DNA of 64,000 nucleotides from an uncultured Verrucomicrobiota bacterium (GTDB lineage Bacteria > Auribacterota > JABMQX01). Position 1 is the first letter of the stretch. The number at the start of each line of letters is the position of its first letter. The position numbers and the translations under genes are program-made. Location: the NCBI GenBank assembly GCA_964640185.1, contig CAZXGF010000014.1, forward strand, positions 3,573 through 67,572, written 5' to 3'. Below, piece after piece: positions 30,770-40,963 of this stretch. The notes under the pieces were generated by a model, which was not told the DNA's origin, did no database searches, and worked only from the letters and a program-made list of their open reading frames with translations.

Positions 30770-32617
30770 ATGAGCATGAAAGTAAGATTCTTTGCAGTCA
30801 CCGCCCTTATGATGTTGGTTCTCGCCGCATCCCTTCTCGCGGCTGAACCTGCGAAATCGCCCGAAGGCATTTCCAGGCATAGAGAAGACCAAATCCGCGC
30901 TGCGGCTACGGCGAAGCCGCGCGTCGTACCCAAAAGAAATCGCCGAGTGCTCATCTGGAGCACGCCCTCCCACCTCATAGATAAGGACCCCCACAGGGGC
31001 TACTGTGTTCCCTATGGTCTGTGTGCTATGCGAATCCTCGGGGAGAAGACCGGCGCCTTCGAGCCCGTTGTGAGCGGCGACATCGCGCTTTTCCTGCCCG
31101 AGAATATCCGGCAATTCGACGCCATCGTGATGAACAACAGTTGCAGGGCGTGGATTACTCCGAGTGACGCCGCGATGGAGACCCTGAAGGCGTACGGCAA
31201 AACCAAACAGGCCGTGGAGAAGATACTCCGCGAAAGCCTCCTCGACTACGTTGCAAACGGTGGCGGGATCGTCGCGTATCACTTCGCCATCGGCGCAAAC
31301 GCCCACTGGCCGGAATTCCACCAGCTTCTTGGAGCCGCTTTCACAGGCCATCCCTGGAACGAAGAGGTCGCCGTGATGGTCGAGGAGCCGAGTCACCCGC
31401 TCGTGGCCGCCTTTGGCGGTAAGGACTTCCGCCTCGCCGACGAGATATACCAGTTCGGCCCTCCCTACGATCGCAGGAAGCTCCGCGTGTTGCTGTCGCT
31501 TGATACCGAGCGCACAAACATGGGCGTCAAGTGGATTCGGCGGGAGGATAACGACTTCGCTCTGGCCTGGGTGAAATCGTTTGGCAAGGGACGCATCTTC
31601 TACTCGGCCTTCGGGCATCGCACGGAGATCTGGTGGAATCCGACAATACTCCGGTTCTACCTGGACGCCATCCAGTTCGCTGTGGGAGACCTGGAGGCGC
31701 CCACCGCGCCGCGGGACACAGCTCCGGTCCACCGTGCCCCAGGGCCGACCCCGCCGGATGTGCGCGAGGCCAAGATGAACGCCCGCCGGGTTCCCATACC
31801 CACCGAGGAGCAGATTGATCGGATCAAGGAGGCAGCACCCGAAACGGCGCCGACGAAGCCCGCCAAGCCTCGCCGAGTGCTGGTCTGGGGACATGCTTGG
31901 ACACACACTCCGAACGCCTTCGCGGAGAAAGCCATCGAGATTCTCGGCAAGAAGACCGGAGCTTTCCAGGCCGTCGTCAGCGACGACCCGAGACTCTTGC
32001 TGGGAGATCGCCTGCCGCAGTTCGACGCCCTCGTGCTTAACAACATCCACGAGCGCGAGCCATTCCTTCCGGAGGAATTCAACAAGCTCGACCCCGAGAG
32101 GCAGGCTGCAGCCAGGAAGTTCGATCAGGCCGTCAAGCAGAGTATCATCGAGTATGTCCGTGGCGGCAAAGGATTGGTCGGCATCCACGCAGCGACCGCC
32201 GCCTTCCAAAACTGGCCCGAGTACGGCGACCTGATAGGCGGCTATTACGGCGGCCATATCCATCAGGAGGTGACCATCAAACTCGATGATCCTGCCCACC
32301 CTATCAACGCTTGTTTCGAAGGAAAGCCCTTCCAGATAATGGACGAGGTGTACATCTTTCGCGCACCTTACTCCCGCAAGAACCTCCGTGTCATCGCCAG
32401 CCTTGATTTGAGCCGGATGGCGGACCCGGACAAGCGCCCTGATAGGGATTACGCCGTCTCATGGGTCAAGGCTTTTGGCAAAGGCCGTGTCTTCTACACG
32501 ACGCTGGGGCACGAACCGAAGACGTACTGGAACCCGCTCTTTCTGCGGCACCTCCTCGCCGGCATCCAGTTTGTCATTGGGGACATGGAGGGAGAAACAG
32601 CCCCCATCACAAAGTGA
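30770..32617 (+). CDS. Secreted protein with two tandem ThuA-like (class I glutamine amidotransferase-like) domains
   Basis: Two copies of QFDA(I/L)V(M/L)NN...GG(G/K)G..H...F..DE(I/V)Y...LRV(L/I).SLD...(W)VK.FGKGR(I/V)FY...GH. Confidence 0.88.
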   Translation: MSMKVRFFAVTALMMLVLAASLLAAEPAKSPEGISRHREDQIRAAATAKPRVVPKRNRRVLIWSTPSHLIDKDPHRGYCVPYGLCAMRILGEKTGAFEPVVSGDIALFLPENIRQFDAIVMNNSCRAWITPSDAAMETLKAYGKTKQAVEKILRESLLDYVANGGGIVAYHFAIGANAHWPEFHQLLGAAFTGHPWNEEVAVMVEEPSHPLVAAFGGKDFRLADEIYQFGPPYDRRKLRVLLSLDTERTNMGVKWIRREDNDFALAWVKSFGKGRIFYSAFGHRTEIWWNPTILRFYLDAIQFAVGDLEAPTAPRDTAPVHRAPGPTPPDVREAKMNARRVPIPTEEQIDRIKEAAPETAPTKPAKPRRVLVWGHAWTHTPNAFAEKAIEILGKKTGAFQAVVSDDPRLLLGDRLPQFDALVLNNIHEREPFLPEEFNKLDPERQAAARKFDQAVKQSIIEYVRGGKGLVGIHAATAAFQNWPEYGDLIGGYYGGHIHQEVTIKLDDPAHPINACFEGKPFQIMDEVYIFRAPYSRKNLRVIASLDLSRMADPDKRPDRDYAVSWVKAFGKGRVFYTTLGHEPKTYWNPLFLRHLLAGIQFVIGDMEGETAPITK

Positions 32618-33210
32618 GTTCTGACAACTGTCCAGAGTCAATGGGGCAAAAAACCCGATGAATTGCCAGCAACTGTCCTGGCAAAAGGGGCTGCTCAGGC
32701 AGAAAAGAAGACCGCCTGGTCAAAGAGATCATAATCCCCCGAGATATCCTCGCAGCGACAGATCTCAGAGACCCATAGGCAAGGCAAGCAACTTGGTGAA
32801 CGCGAACGAGAAACAGGCACAATGACGTATCCATATTGGAAATAACCTGTGTACTGCGAACGAGATGGCAAAAACACCATTATTCGTGCGATGGAGCCAA
32901 AAATAGGAAGAAAAATCAAGGCTGAGAAGATGAATTCGGAAAATAGGCGGGGATGAGGAGCGAAAACCCCCAGCCTGTGAAGCGCGGAATGCGACCCGAT
33001 TCCGGCCTTTTCCCGTCCGGTTCATGTTCCCCTTCGAATGAACCCACCGTTCTTTTTCTTGTTCCGATAAGTTGTGTCCTTTCCTTCAGGTGAAACCGAA
33101 CCGTCCAGGCCAGCGCGCAGGAGAATCAGTTTCTCGATGGCACAATCACCGCCTGCGTGAGGAGCGAAAAAGAAGCCCGCTGACATGCGAACTAAATACA
33201 GCCCCAACGC

Positions 33211-33324
33211 GATACCTCACTTACGGGGGGCTGAGCGTGGAACCGCAGAGCCCGCAGAGCGCGCACGGGGACGTGGCATGGGCATCTTGCCCATGAGTGT
33301 TCACGGGCGAGACGCCCGTGGCAC
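33211..33324 (+). repeat. Dispersed repeat Y, copy 2, extended by the REP palindrome CACGGGCGAGACGCCCGTG
   Basis: Aligns to 20188-20275. Confidence 0.8.
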
Positions 33325-33958
33325 GAGGGCGCCTCGCCACATCCGAGCGCCACGCTATCATTTTGCCTTGACGGCACACAGAGGCGAAAGCTGGCCATAC
33401 GCGAAAACGGAACGTCCCCACAAGGTCCTCAGCCGCCCGTGGGGCTGTCCTGTCCCTCCATTGGAGATAGGCAAATATTCTCTCCGCGCTCTCTGCGCTT
33501 TCTGCCGTGAGTTCATCTCCCCCTGAGACTGAGGAATCGCGCCGCAACCGAGAAAAGGGTTGACAACCGACTATACCGCGCGGTTATTCTTGGATTAAAA
33601 TAACAGAGTTATTCGATGAACCCTGTGTCCATCATACGATTTGCCTTTTCACAGCGTCCAGGCTTTTTGCACGGCGGAATCCTTTGGGGAGACAATGGTG
33701 TGGGTAAGCTACTGTCTTGTGGTGTGCATGCGGTGGACATTGACGTGACGTCGCCGTTACTCGTTTCACCTGAAAACCGCCGTATTGTCCTCTCCATCCC
33801 CGGCGCAGTAAAAGTTCTGTCAGCCGAAAAAGGCGTCTCAAGATGAGCAATGGTAAACGATACCCGATGGTGTCCAGAATCGCCAAGAGCGTCTTTATCA
33901 TTAACTTTAGTGGCTATCGTGGCAATAATTATGTAACAAAAAATGGGAGGGTCTCAAA

Positions 33959-36900
33959 ATGAGAAAAGGAATCTTTAATTGCATGTTTTGGGCTGTATTT
34001 CTGAGCGTGGGATTGGCTGTGGGTGTCGCAAATGCGGACATCGAGGAAGGTCTGGTCGGGCACTGGACGTTTGACGAGGGCGAGGGCACAACCGCCGAAG
34101 ACAGCTCCGGCAACAACAACCATGGCACCCTCATGAATGGGCCGCTGTGGGTGGCCGGCCAGCTAGGTGGCGCTCTGGAGTTTGATGGCACCGATGACTT
34201 CGTGGAGGTGCCCCATGCCGCGAGCCTGACGGTGGACACCGAAGTCACTGTAGCGGCATGGATAAATGCTTCGAGGCATAACAGCGCTGGTGGTGACTGG
34301 CAAGGGATTCTTGCAAAGTCCAATGATCCCAGATCGTATAGCTTTTACACTTATGTGGACGGGACACTGCATTTCAGCACAACCAGCGCTGGCGCTTACG
34401 TTGGTTCGAACAGCACCGGAACAGTGCCGCTCAATGAATGGGTACACGTTGCTGCAATGGTGGTGGATGGCGACCACAGGTATTATATCAATGGACAACC
34501 TGCTGGTGAGCTTGTAGCAGATATCAGCCTGCCAGGCGCCTCAGACACAGCCACTGTTCTTATCGCCATGAGTAATGAGACCGGCAACAATTTCCTCGGC
34601 ATGATTGACGACGTCCGCATCTACAACCGGGCCTTGAGCGAGGAGGACATCCTCCAGTTGTACAACTGGGTCGGCGGGGCCAACGCCGGAGACGACCAGT
34701 GGGTCGAGGCTGGGGACACGGTAAGCCTGGACGGCGCGGCCCCCCCCGACGCCACCAGCTTTGCCTGGCAACAGGTCATCATTGCCGACGAGCCGGTCGT
34801 CACAATCACCGATTCCGACAAGCCTACCTGTAGCTTTGACTGCCCGGTCCGCGACATCGGTTACACTCTGACTTTCCGCCTGACAGTGGAATCCCCGGAG
34901 ACGGGCACAACTACCGACGAATGTCTGGTCATGGCCCGTGCTCCCAACCCGCCCAAGATCGCCCCCAGTAACCTGCGAACGGTACGGACGGACAGGGGCT
35001 TCTGCCTGTACTGGGACAACGTTTTCGACGCGGAGGCTTACCAGATAGAGATAGAATATTACCCCACGGTCTGGGTCCCTGTCGCCCCGAACGTTACGGC
35101 TCTCGAATACCTGGTCAAGGATCAGGACCCCGGTAACGTGGTTCCCATCAGAGTGTCGGGGAGGAACAATCATGGAATTGGCGCCGTCTCCGACCCGGTT
35201 TCCATGACTATTATGCGGAATCTGTCGCTGCCGGCGCCGACTGGAGGCACGCCGCCTTCCGCGACTTTTGACTACGATGGCAATGCCGTCGGGGCGTTGA
35301 ATGACGGCAACGTCGAGAGCAGCACCGACAGCTACGGCACTGCAGCCGAGACCGAGGATTTCTGGGGATATACCTGGGATACCCCGTTGTGGCTCGACGA
35401 GATAGCGTATTACACCGGCCAGTTTTACTCCGATGGCGGATGGTTTACGGACCTAACCGTTGAGTACACGGAGGATGGGACCACATGGGTGGAGGCTCCG
35501 AATGTAAAGCTCATCCCGGACTACGACTTCGTTGATTCTTCCGGCGGCCGAGAAGACTTCACCAGATATACAATCACATTCGGGACCGTCAGAGGCACAG
35601 GGATGCGAATCTTCGGGACGCCTGGCGGCATGAACACCTTCACGTCAATAGCGGAGCTGGAGATTTATGGCAACCAGGCGCGAGGTGATCTCGTCGTTCA
35701 GGGACTGGACGCAGAAGTTCCGGAGAACGGCACTGCCACTCTCGACGGAAGCTATACCATGTCGCTCATAGGAGATATTACCAGCTACTCGTGGGCCCAG
35801 ACGAGCGGGCCGACCGTGGCCATCGCCGACTCGACCGCTGCCGTTACGACCTTCACCGCTCCGGCTGTGGAGGAAGATACCGTTCTGGTTTTCTCGTTGA
35901 CGGCGGGCGACGGCACTAACGAGGGAACGGACGACGATGTCCGCATCACGGTGAAGAACGTCACCACCACGGCTGTCGCGGGCGTTGACCAGACGGTGGA
36001 GGAGGGAACCGTTGTGAGTCTCGACGGCACGGGCTCCCTGACTGCGACCGGCAACCTGACCTATTCCTGGAGTCAAACCGCGGGGCCGGACGTGACTCTG
36101 AGCGACGCCGCTGCCCCAACATGCTCCTTCATCGCTCCTGAGATATGGCCGTACGTGCAGCGGTTGACCTTCCGGCTGGATGTGGACGATGGCGAGGGCG
36201 GCACGGGCAGCGACGAGGTCAACGTCAATGTCACGAACTCCGTGTTTGAGACGAAGCCTCTGCCGACGTACTACTTTCAGGACCTCCTGCACCTGGGCAA
36301 TACGCCGGAGGACCGTTTTCTCGGCCCGCTGGACCTGAGCCTGGACACCAACGACTACCTCGCGGATTGGGGTGGGCAGGCGAACGTTAATCCTGTGGAG
36401 GGCGAGGCGTACGACTTCACCGACACAGGCATAAGCACGACGGTCAATCCGATGGTATGGACGCCCGTCCACAGGGACGACGGCTGGTTCATGTGGGAAC
36501 TGCGAGCCGGCCAGGCTCTTGACAACTTCGGCCAGATTTACCACATCTACATCTTCTCGCCGGATGAACGGGAGGCGCGGGTGCATGCCCGTTACGACGA
36601 TGAGGTCCGCATCTGGAACAATGGCGGGCTGGCTCATACCGATAACTCCTGGGACCTCGGCGTTGAGCGTTCCTCGGAGTTCACCCTCGATGAGGGAGTC
36701 AACTCCATGACGCTGAGGTTCGAGGAAGGGGAAGGAGGGAACAGCATTGCGGCAAGGATCACCGACGCCAACGACGTTCCATTCACCGACCTTTCGTACG
36801 CCCTGTCTGTCCGGAGTCCTCTCCCGGCTGCGTACGGACTGAGGGCTCTGCCCGTGTCGTATGCTTCCCCGGGGACCGTAAACGTTCAAGTTTCGGTGAG

Positions 36901-38749
36901 GGCAGACCCCGACCACCTCCCGGGAACCATAGCCGTCAGGGAAATCCTTCCGGAAGGCGTGACGGTTGCTGATGATGGCGGCGGCACACCGGGCGCAGGA
37001 ACGCTGACCTGGGTTTTTGGGAGCGTCTCTTCTGCGAAGGTCTCCTATTCAGTGTCGGTTCCGGCGGGCACTACCGCTGGGCTGGAGTTCAGGGGAGATG
37101 TCAACGGAGAGAACACTCTCGGCGACACCGAGACGTATGCCGTTCCCTCCGCGCCTCAGTATGTAAGCCTGGACATGATGCTTGGGGCACAGTTAAGCTG
37201 GAGTCCCCCGCCGGAAGAAGGAGCAGATGCCTATCACGTCTATCGCAGCGTGGACGGCGGCGACTGGGAGGAGGTAGCGTTTACAAGGCAGACCTCTTAC
37301 TCGGAAGGCGTCGTCGAGGGGAGCACGTACAGCTACAAGATCACAGCCGTCAACAAGAACGGCGTGGAAGGGCCCTTCAGCGACGCCACGGAACCCGCCA
37401 CGGTAACCCTGCCGATAACAAGGGAGGCGGAGAACTACAACTATGGCGGAGGGCAATACCCCGGATCGGAAAACTGTCCCGCCGCCAATGAGGCGCCGGA
37501 CTCCGACACAGTCGGCACACCGGCGGATTACGACTTCTATTTCAACAACACCTGGCCCGTGGGCGACCCGGCGCGCGCCTACCGACCGGAGGATGATGTG
37601 TTCACGGAGCTTCGGGTGGATACCCCGAACGTTGGAGGGATGACCGTGGGCGACTGGCTGCGGTACACCTTTGATGTTCCTGCGCCGGGAGCAGGGGAGC
37701 CCACGGACGGCTGGGCCATGATAGGAATCAAGGCAGCCTCGCCGAGCGGCGGGACGGCTGAGCTGTACTGGGATGAAGGCCTCCTCGGGACTCTCAGCTT
37801 CAACACGGGCGATTGGGGAGTGTTCCGCTGGTACGCCCTCGAGGACGCCTTCCGGACAACTCCGGGAGAGCATACGCTAAGGGTGAAGCTGGCGTCCGGA
37901 GGCATGAACATTGACATCATCGGCGTCGGCTTCAACCAGAAAATAAGTCGCGAGGCCATCTTCGAGGACGACTTCGAGGATTATACCAACCTTTACGATT
38001 GGAACGATCTGGAGACTGTCGGCAATTGGGACGTGACCAATGGCTCAGGCGAGCCGGATGTCGGATGGCGGTTGTGGAACACCGCGGGCAATTACCTGGG
38101 CGATGAGACGGAGGACCGACATCCCGCCATCGCTGGCATGACCGGCAACTACGTCATCACGGATAGCGACCTCGTCGGCACGGCGGACCTCAACGAGGAA
38201 CTCGTCACCCCGGACATAGACTGCACCGACTACATAAGACTGAAGCTCGACTTCAGCAAGAACTTCAGGGTCTATCCTGACGACGCGGATCACACCCAGA
38301 TTGCGGAGGTGGACATCCGGGAGGTCGGCGGCGGCTGGGTCAACCTGCTGTCCTACAACGTGAACTCAATTGACCCCAACCTCGATCCGGCAATTGACAG
38401 CAGCCCGGAGAAGCTGGACCTGTCGGCTTATGACGGAGAGACATTCCAGCTCAGGTGGCATTTCTACGAAGCCACGTGGGATTGGTGGTGGGCCATTGAC
38501 AACGTCATGGTCTCCGGCGAGCCGAAGCCGACGGAGGTGACTAAAAGGGTGGTTCTGTCGGTCGAGATTGCGGCAGGCAACCTGAATCTGACATGGAATG
38601 CCTTCGGCGCCACGGGAGAGTACTACGTCGAGCACACCACTGACTTGGTAAGCTGGACGGAAGTGCCGGGGGGGCCGATCAGCGGCACCAGCGCGGCCGT
38701 GTCCGTCACCGGAGAGGACGCAGGCTTCTACCGCATCCGCGGCGACTGA
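33959..38749 (+). CDS. 1596-aa secreted multidomain surface protein: LamG, PKD-like repeats, FN3, CBM-like/F5-8, PA14-like, CBM6/35-like, cleaved-adhesin/choice-of-anchor-J-like and C-terminal FYR module
   Basis: Signal peptide; GLVGHWTFDEG...IDDVRIYNRAL; three AG.D-V.EG..V.LDG..S...YSW.Q..GP-type repeats; REAENYNYG; IFEDDFEDY...WWAIDNV; no recognisable catalytic domain. Confidence 0.85.
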   Translation: MRKGIFNCMFWAVFLSVGLAVGVANADIEEGLVGHWTFDEGEGTTAEDSSGNNNHGTLMNGPLWVAGQLGGALEFDGTDDFVEVPHAASLTVDTEVTVAAWINASRHNSAGGDWQGILAKSNDPRSYSFYTYVDGTLHFSTTSAGAYVGSNSTGTVPLNEWVHVAAMVVDGDHRYYINGQPAGELVADISLPGASDTATVLIAMSNETGNNFLGMIDDVRIYNRALSEEDILQLYNWVGGANAGDDQWVEAGDTVSLDGAAPPDATSFAWQQVIIADEPVVTITDSDKPTCSFDCPVRDIGYTLTFRLTVESPETGTTTDECLVMARAPNPPKIAPSNLRTVRTDRGFCLYWDNVFDAEAYQIEIEYYPTVWVPVAPNVTALEYLVKDQDPGNVVPIRVSGRNNHGIGAVSDPVSMTIMRNLSLPAPTGGTPPSATFDYDGNAVGALNDGNVESSTDSYGTAAETEDFWGYTWDTPLWLDEIAYYTGQFYSDGGWFTDLTVEYTEDGTTWVEAPNVKLIPDYDFVDSSGGREDFTRYTITFGTVRGTGMRIFGTPGGMNTFTSIAELEIYGNQARGDLVVQGLDAEVPENGTATLDGSYTMSLIGDITSYSWAQTSGPTVAIADSTAAVTTFTAPAVEEDTVLVFSLTAGDGTNEGTDDDVRITVKNVTTTAVAGVDQTVEEGTVVSLDGTGSLTATGNLTYSWSQTAGPDVTLSDAAAPTCSFIAPEIWPYVQRLTFRLDVDDGEGGTGSDEVNVNVTNSVFETKPLPTYYFQDLLHLGNTPEDRFLGPLDLSLDTNDYLADWGGQANVNPVEGEAYDFTDTGISTTVNPMVWTPVHRDDGWFMWELRAGQALDNFGQIYHIYIFSPDEREARVHARYDDEVRIWNNGGLAHTDNSWDLGVERSSEFTLDEGVNSMTLRFEEGEGGNSIAARITDANDVPFTDLSYALSVRSPLPAAYGLRALPVSYASPGTVNVQVSVRADPDHLPGTIAVREILPEGVTVADDGGGTPGAGTLTWVFGSVSSAKVSYSVSVPAGTTAGLEFRGDVNGENTLGDTETYAVPSAPQYVSLDMMLGAQLSWSPPPEEGADAYHVYRSVDGGDWEEVAFTRQTSYSEGVVEGSTYSYKITAVNKNGVEGPFSDATEPATVTLPITREAENYNYGGGQYPGSENCPAANEAPDSDTVGTPADYDFYFNNTWPVGDPARAYRPEDDVFTELRVDTPNVGGMTVGDWLRYTFDVPAPGAGEPTDGWAMIGIKAASPSGGTAELYWDEGLLGTLSFNTGDWGVFRWYALEDAFRTTPGEHTLRVKLASGGMNIDIIGVGFNQKISREAIFEDDFEDYTNLYDWNDLETVGNWDVTNGSGEPDVGWRLWNTAGNYLGDETEDRHPAIAGMTGNYVITDSDLVGTADLNEELVTPDIDCTDYIRLKLDFSKNFRVYPDDADHTQIAEVDIREVGGGWVNLLSYNVNSIDPNLDPAIDSSPEKLDLSAYDGETFQLRWHFYEATWDWWWAIDNVMVSGEPKPTEVTKRVVLSVEIAAGNLNLTWNAFGATGEYYVEHTTDLVSWTEVPGGPISGTSAAVSVTGEDAGFYRIRGD

Positions 38750-38770
38750 GCCGGCAGCCAACGCAGAGAC

Positions 38771-38803
38771 AAACGGCCCCGCCCTCCCGGCGGGGCCGTT
38801 TCT
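38771..38803 (+). terminator. Rho-independent terminator after the large surface-protein gene
   Basis: 13-bp perfect stem AAACGGCCCCGCC / GGCGGGGCCGTTT with a 5-nt loop, followed by T-rich bases. Confidence 0.75.
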
Positions 38804-39036
38804 CGTCCCGCAAGCGCGCCCGGGATACCTGATTCCTGATTGCGGAGGTTTTGGGCCGACTTTCGCACTTGGCTGGGAGTGTCGGGTTTTCGGAGGGGTT
38901 CTCGCCGAGGGGATGAGCAAGGCGACAATGCCCCTGCGGGTCGCCGCAAGAATTCTTTCTTGACACAGTCTCGGCGTGACACGAATATCTTGTCAGTAAC
39001 GAACGGCGAACGGCTCAGACTGAAGGGCAATGGCAC

Positions 39037-39795
39037 ATGAAAGACAATCGAATTGACGGGCGGAAGGCGGAAGAGCTTCGGGCTATCAAAATCGTGCCCG
39101 ATTATCTGGAAAACCCGCTGGCAAGCGTGTACGTGGAGTTCGGAAAGACGAGGCTTATCTGCGCGGCGTCCGTGGAGGAATCTGTTCCGAGGTGGCTGCG
39201 GGAAGGTTCCGTGGAGGAGAAGATGGGCTGGGTGACGTCCGAGTACTCGATGCTCCCGTATGCCTCCGGTTTGCGGCGCACTCCGAGAGAATCCTCGAGA
39301 GGAAGAATTGGTGGGAGAACGCACGAGATCCAGCGGCTTATCGGCCGGAGTTTTCGCTCGGTGGTTGACCTGAGGGCGCTCGGCGAGAGGACAGTGTGGG
39401 TTGATTGCGATGTGCTGCAAGCTGATGGCGGCACGCGAACGGCTGCCATCTCGGGGGGCTTCGTCGCCGTTGCCATCGCCCTGGAGAAAATCAAAAAGGC
39501 TTTCTCCATTGAGTCGCCGCTGTGGCGGGAGCATGTCGCCGCCGTCAGCGTGGGGATTGTGAATGAGAGAATCCTCCTCGACCTGTGCTACGAGGAGGAC
39601 AGCCGGGCAGACGTGGACATGAATGTGGCGGCTACCGAAAGCGGCAAACTGGTGGAGGTGCAGGCGACCGCCGAGGGGCCTCCGTTCAGCAACCGCGCGT
39701 TGCAGCAAATGCTTTCCCTTGCGAAGAAGGGGATTCGCGATATAATAGAGATGCAAAAGAAAGCGATTCGTCAGGGAATTTCCCACCTCAAATAG
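39037..39795 (+). CDS. rph: Ribonuclease PH
   Basis: EYSMLP, GRTHEIQRLIGRSFR, DCDVLQADGGTRTAAI and DLCYEEDS..DVDMNV motifs. Confidence 0.97.
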   Translation: MKDNRIDGRKAEELRAIKIVPDYLENPLASVYVEFGKTRLICAASVEESVPRWLREGSVEEKMGWVTSEYSMLPYASGLRRTPRESSRGRIGGRTHEIQRLIGRSFRSVVDLRALGERTVWVDCDVLQADGGTRTAAISGGFVAVAIALEKIKKAFSIESPLWREHVAAVSVGIVNERILLDLCYEEDSRADVDMNVAATESGKLVEVQATAEGPPFSNRALQQMLSLAKKGIRDIIEMQKKAIRQGISHLK

Positions 39796-39807
39796 GAGTT
39801 TCCGCAA

Positions 39808-40906
39808 ATGCTTGAGGAAGTGAAAGGTAAACTCGCCGACGTACGATTTCGCCTCCTTAAAATGAAGGAGTATCTTTGACTTCGATAAGAAGGCCAAAGA
39901 GCTTGCCACCCTTGAAGAAAAGATGTCCCAGCCCGGTTTCTGGAATGAGCCTGAGTCTGCCCAGGGTTTGATTGCGCAGGCGAACCAGTTGCGGGCGTGG
40001 GTGGCGCCACTGCGGGAGCTGACCGCGGCTGCGGAAGATACCGTAGTCCTGCTGGAGCTCGCGACGGAGGAGGAAAACCCGGACGACTCCCTTAGAGAGC
40101 TCTCGGGCGAGCTGGACAGAATAGCCGCTCAACTGGATGCGCTCGAACTCAAGAGGATGCTTGGCGGACCGAACGATAAGAGAAACGCCATTGTCAGCAT
40201 CAACGCCGGAGCGGGTGGTACGGAAGCATGCGATTGGGCGGACATGCTGTTCAGGATGTACAAGAGATGGGCGGAAGGCCACGGGTTTCGCGTTGAGGTT
40301 CTCGACGTGCTGGCGGGGGACGGGGCTGGGATAAAGAACGCCACTGTGGTCGTTCGTAACGATTACGCCTACGGCTATCTGAAAGCGGAGAAAGGCGTCC
40401 ACCGCCTTGTTCGAATCTCTCCCTTCGACGCCAACAAACGACGGCACACATCCTTCGCATCGGTTGGCGTCTCGCCGGAAATTGAGGACGACGTTCACGT
40501 GGAGATTGACGAGAATGACCTGCGGGTAGATACCTTTCACTCGAGCGGTCCCGGCGGGCAACATGCCAACGTGACCGATTCTGCCGTTCGCATAACGCAC
40601 ATCCCGACGGGGATCGTCGTGCGCTGCCAGAACGAGAGGTCCCAGCACAAGAACAGGGCCACGGCGATGAAGGTTCTCAGGTCACGCCTCTACGAACACG
40701 AGATGCGGAAAAGGGAAGAGGAATTGAAAAAGGCGCACGGTGAGAAAATGGAAATCGCGTGGGGCAGCCAGATTCGGTCTTATGTGTTTCAGCCGTACAC
40801 GATGGTGAAGGATCACCGGACGAAAGTGGAGACCTCGAACGTGGAAGCGGTCATGGACGGGGAGCTTGACCGGTTCATCCATTCCTATCTCAAACAGTTT
40901 GGTTAG
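39808..40906 (+). CDS. prfB: Peptide chain release factor 2, translated through a programmed +1 frameshift
   Basis: A 23-codon upstream frame ends CTT TGA C at 39874-39880 and the +1 frame continues D-F-D-K...; the SPF and GGQ motifs are present downstream. Confidence 0.97.
39865..39880 (+). promoter_or_regulatory. prfB autoregulatory +1 frameshift site
   Basis: AAGGAG TAT CTT TGA C: an internal Shine-Dalgarno-like sequence 3 nt before the slippery CTT-TGA-C. Confidence 0.93.
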
Positions 40907-40963
40907 GGTTCTTCGCATCAGCAGGAGGCGGGCGAGGGGCAAGGGACTGCTCTCCGTGCGGAG

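Noticed and set aside
32620-33200. Short minus-strand ORFs, possibly remnants of a membrane-protein gene
   Set aside because: Several frames with stops and no identifiable motif; cannot be assigned.
33560-33590. TTGACA...TATTCT promoter upstream of the large surface-protein gene, and TTGACA at 38960 upstream of rph
   Set aside because: The -35 boxes are perfect but the spacers to the best -10 are 19-20 nt, so support is weak.
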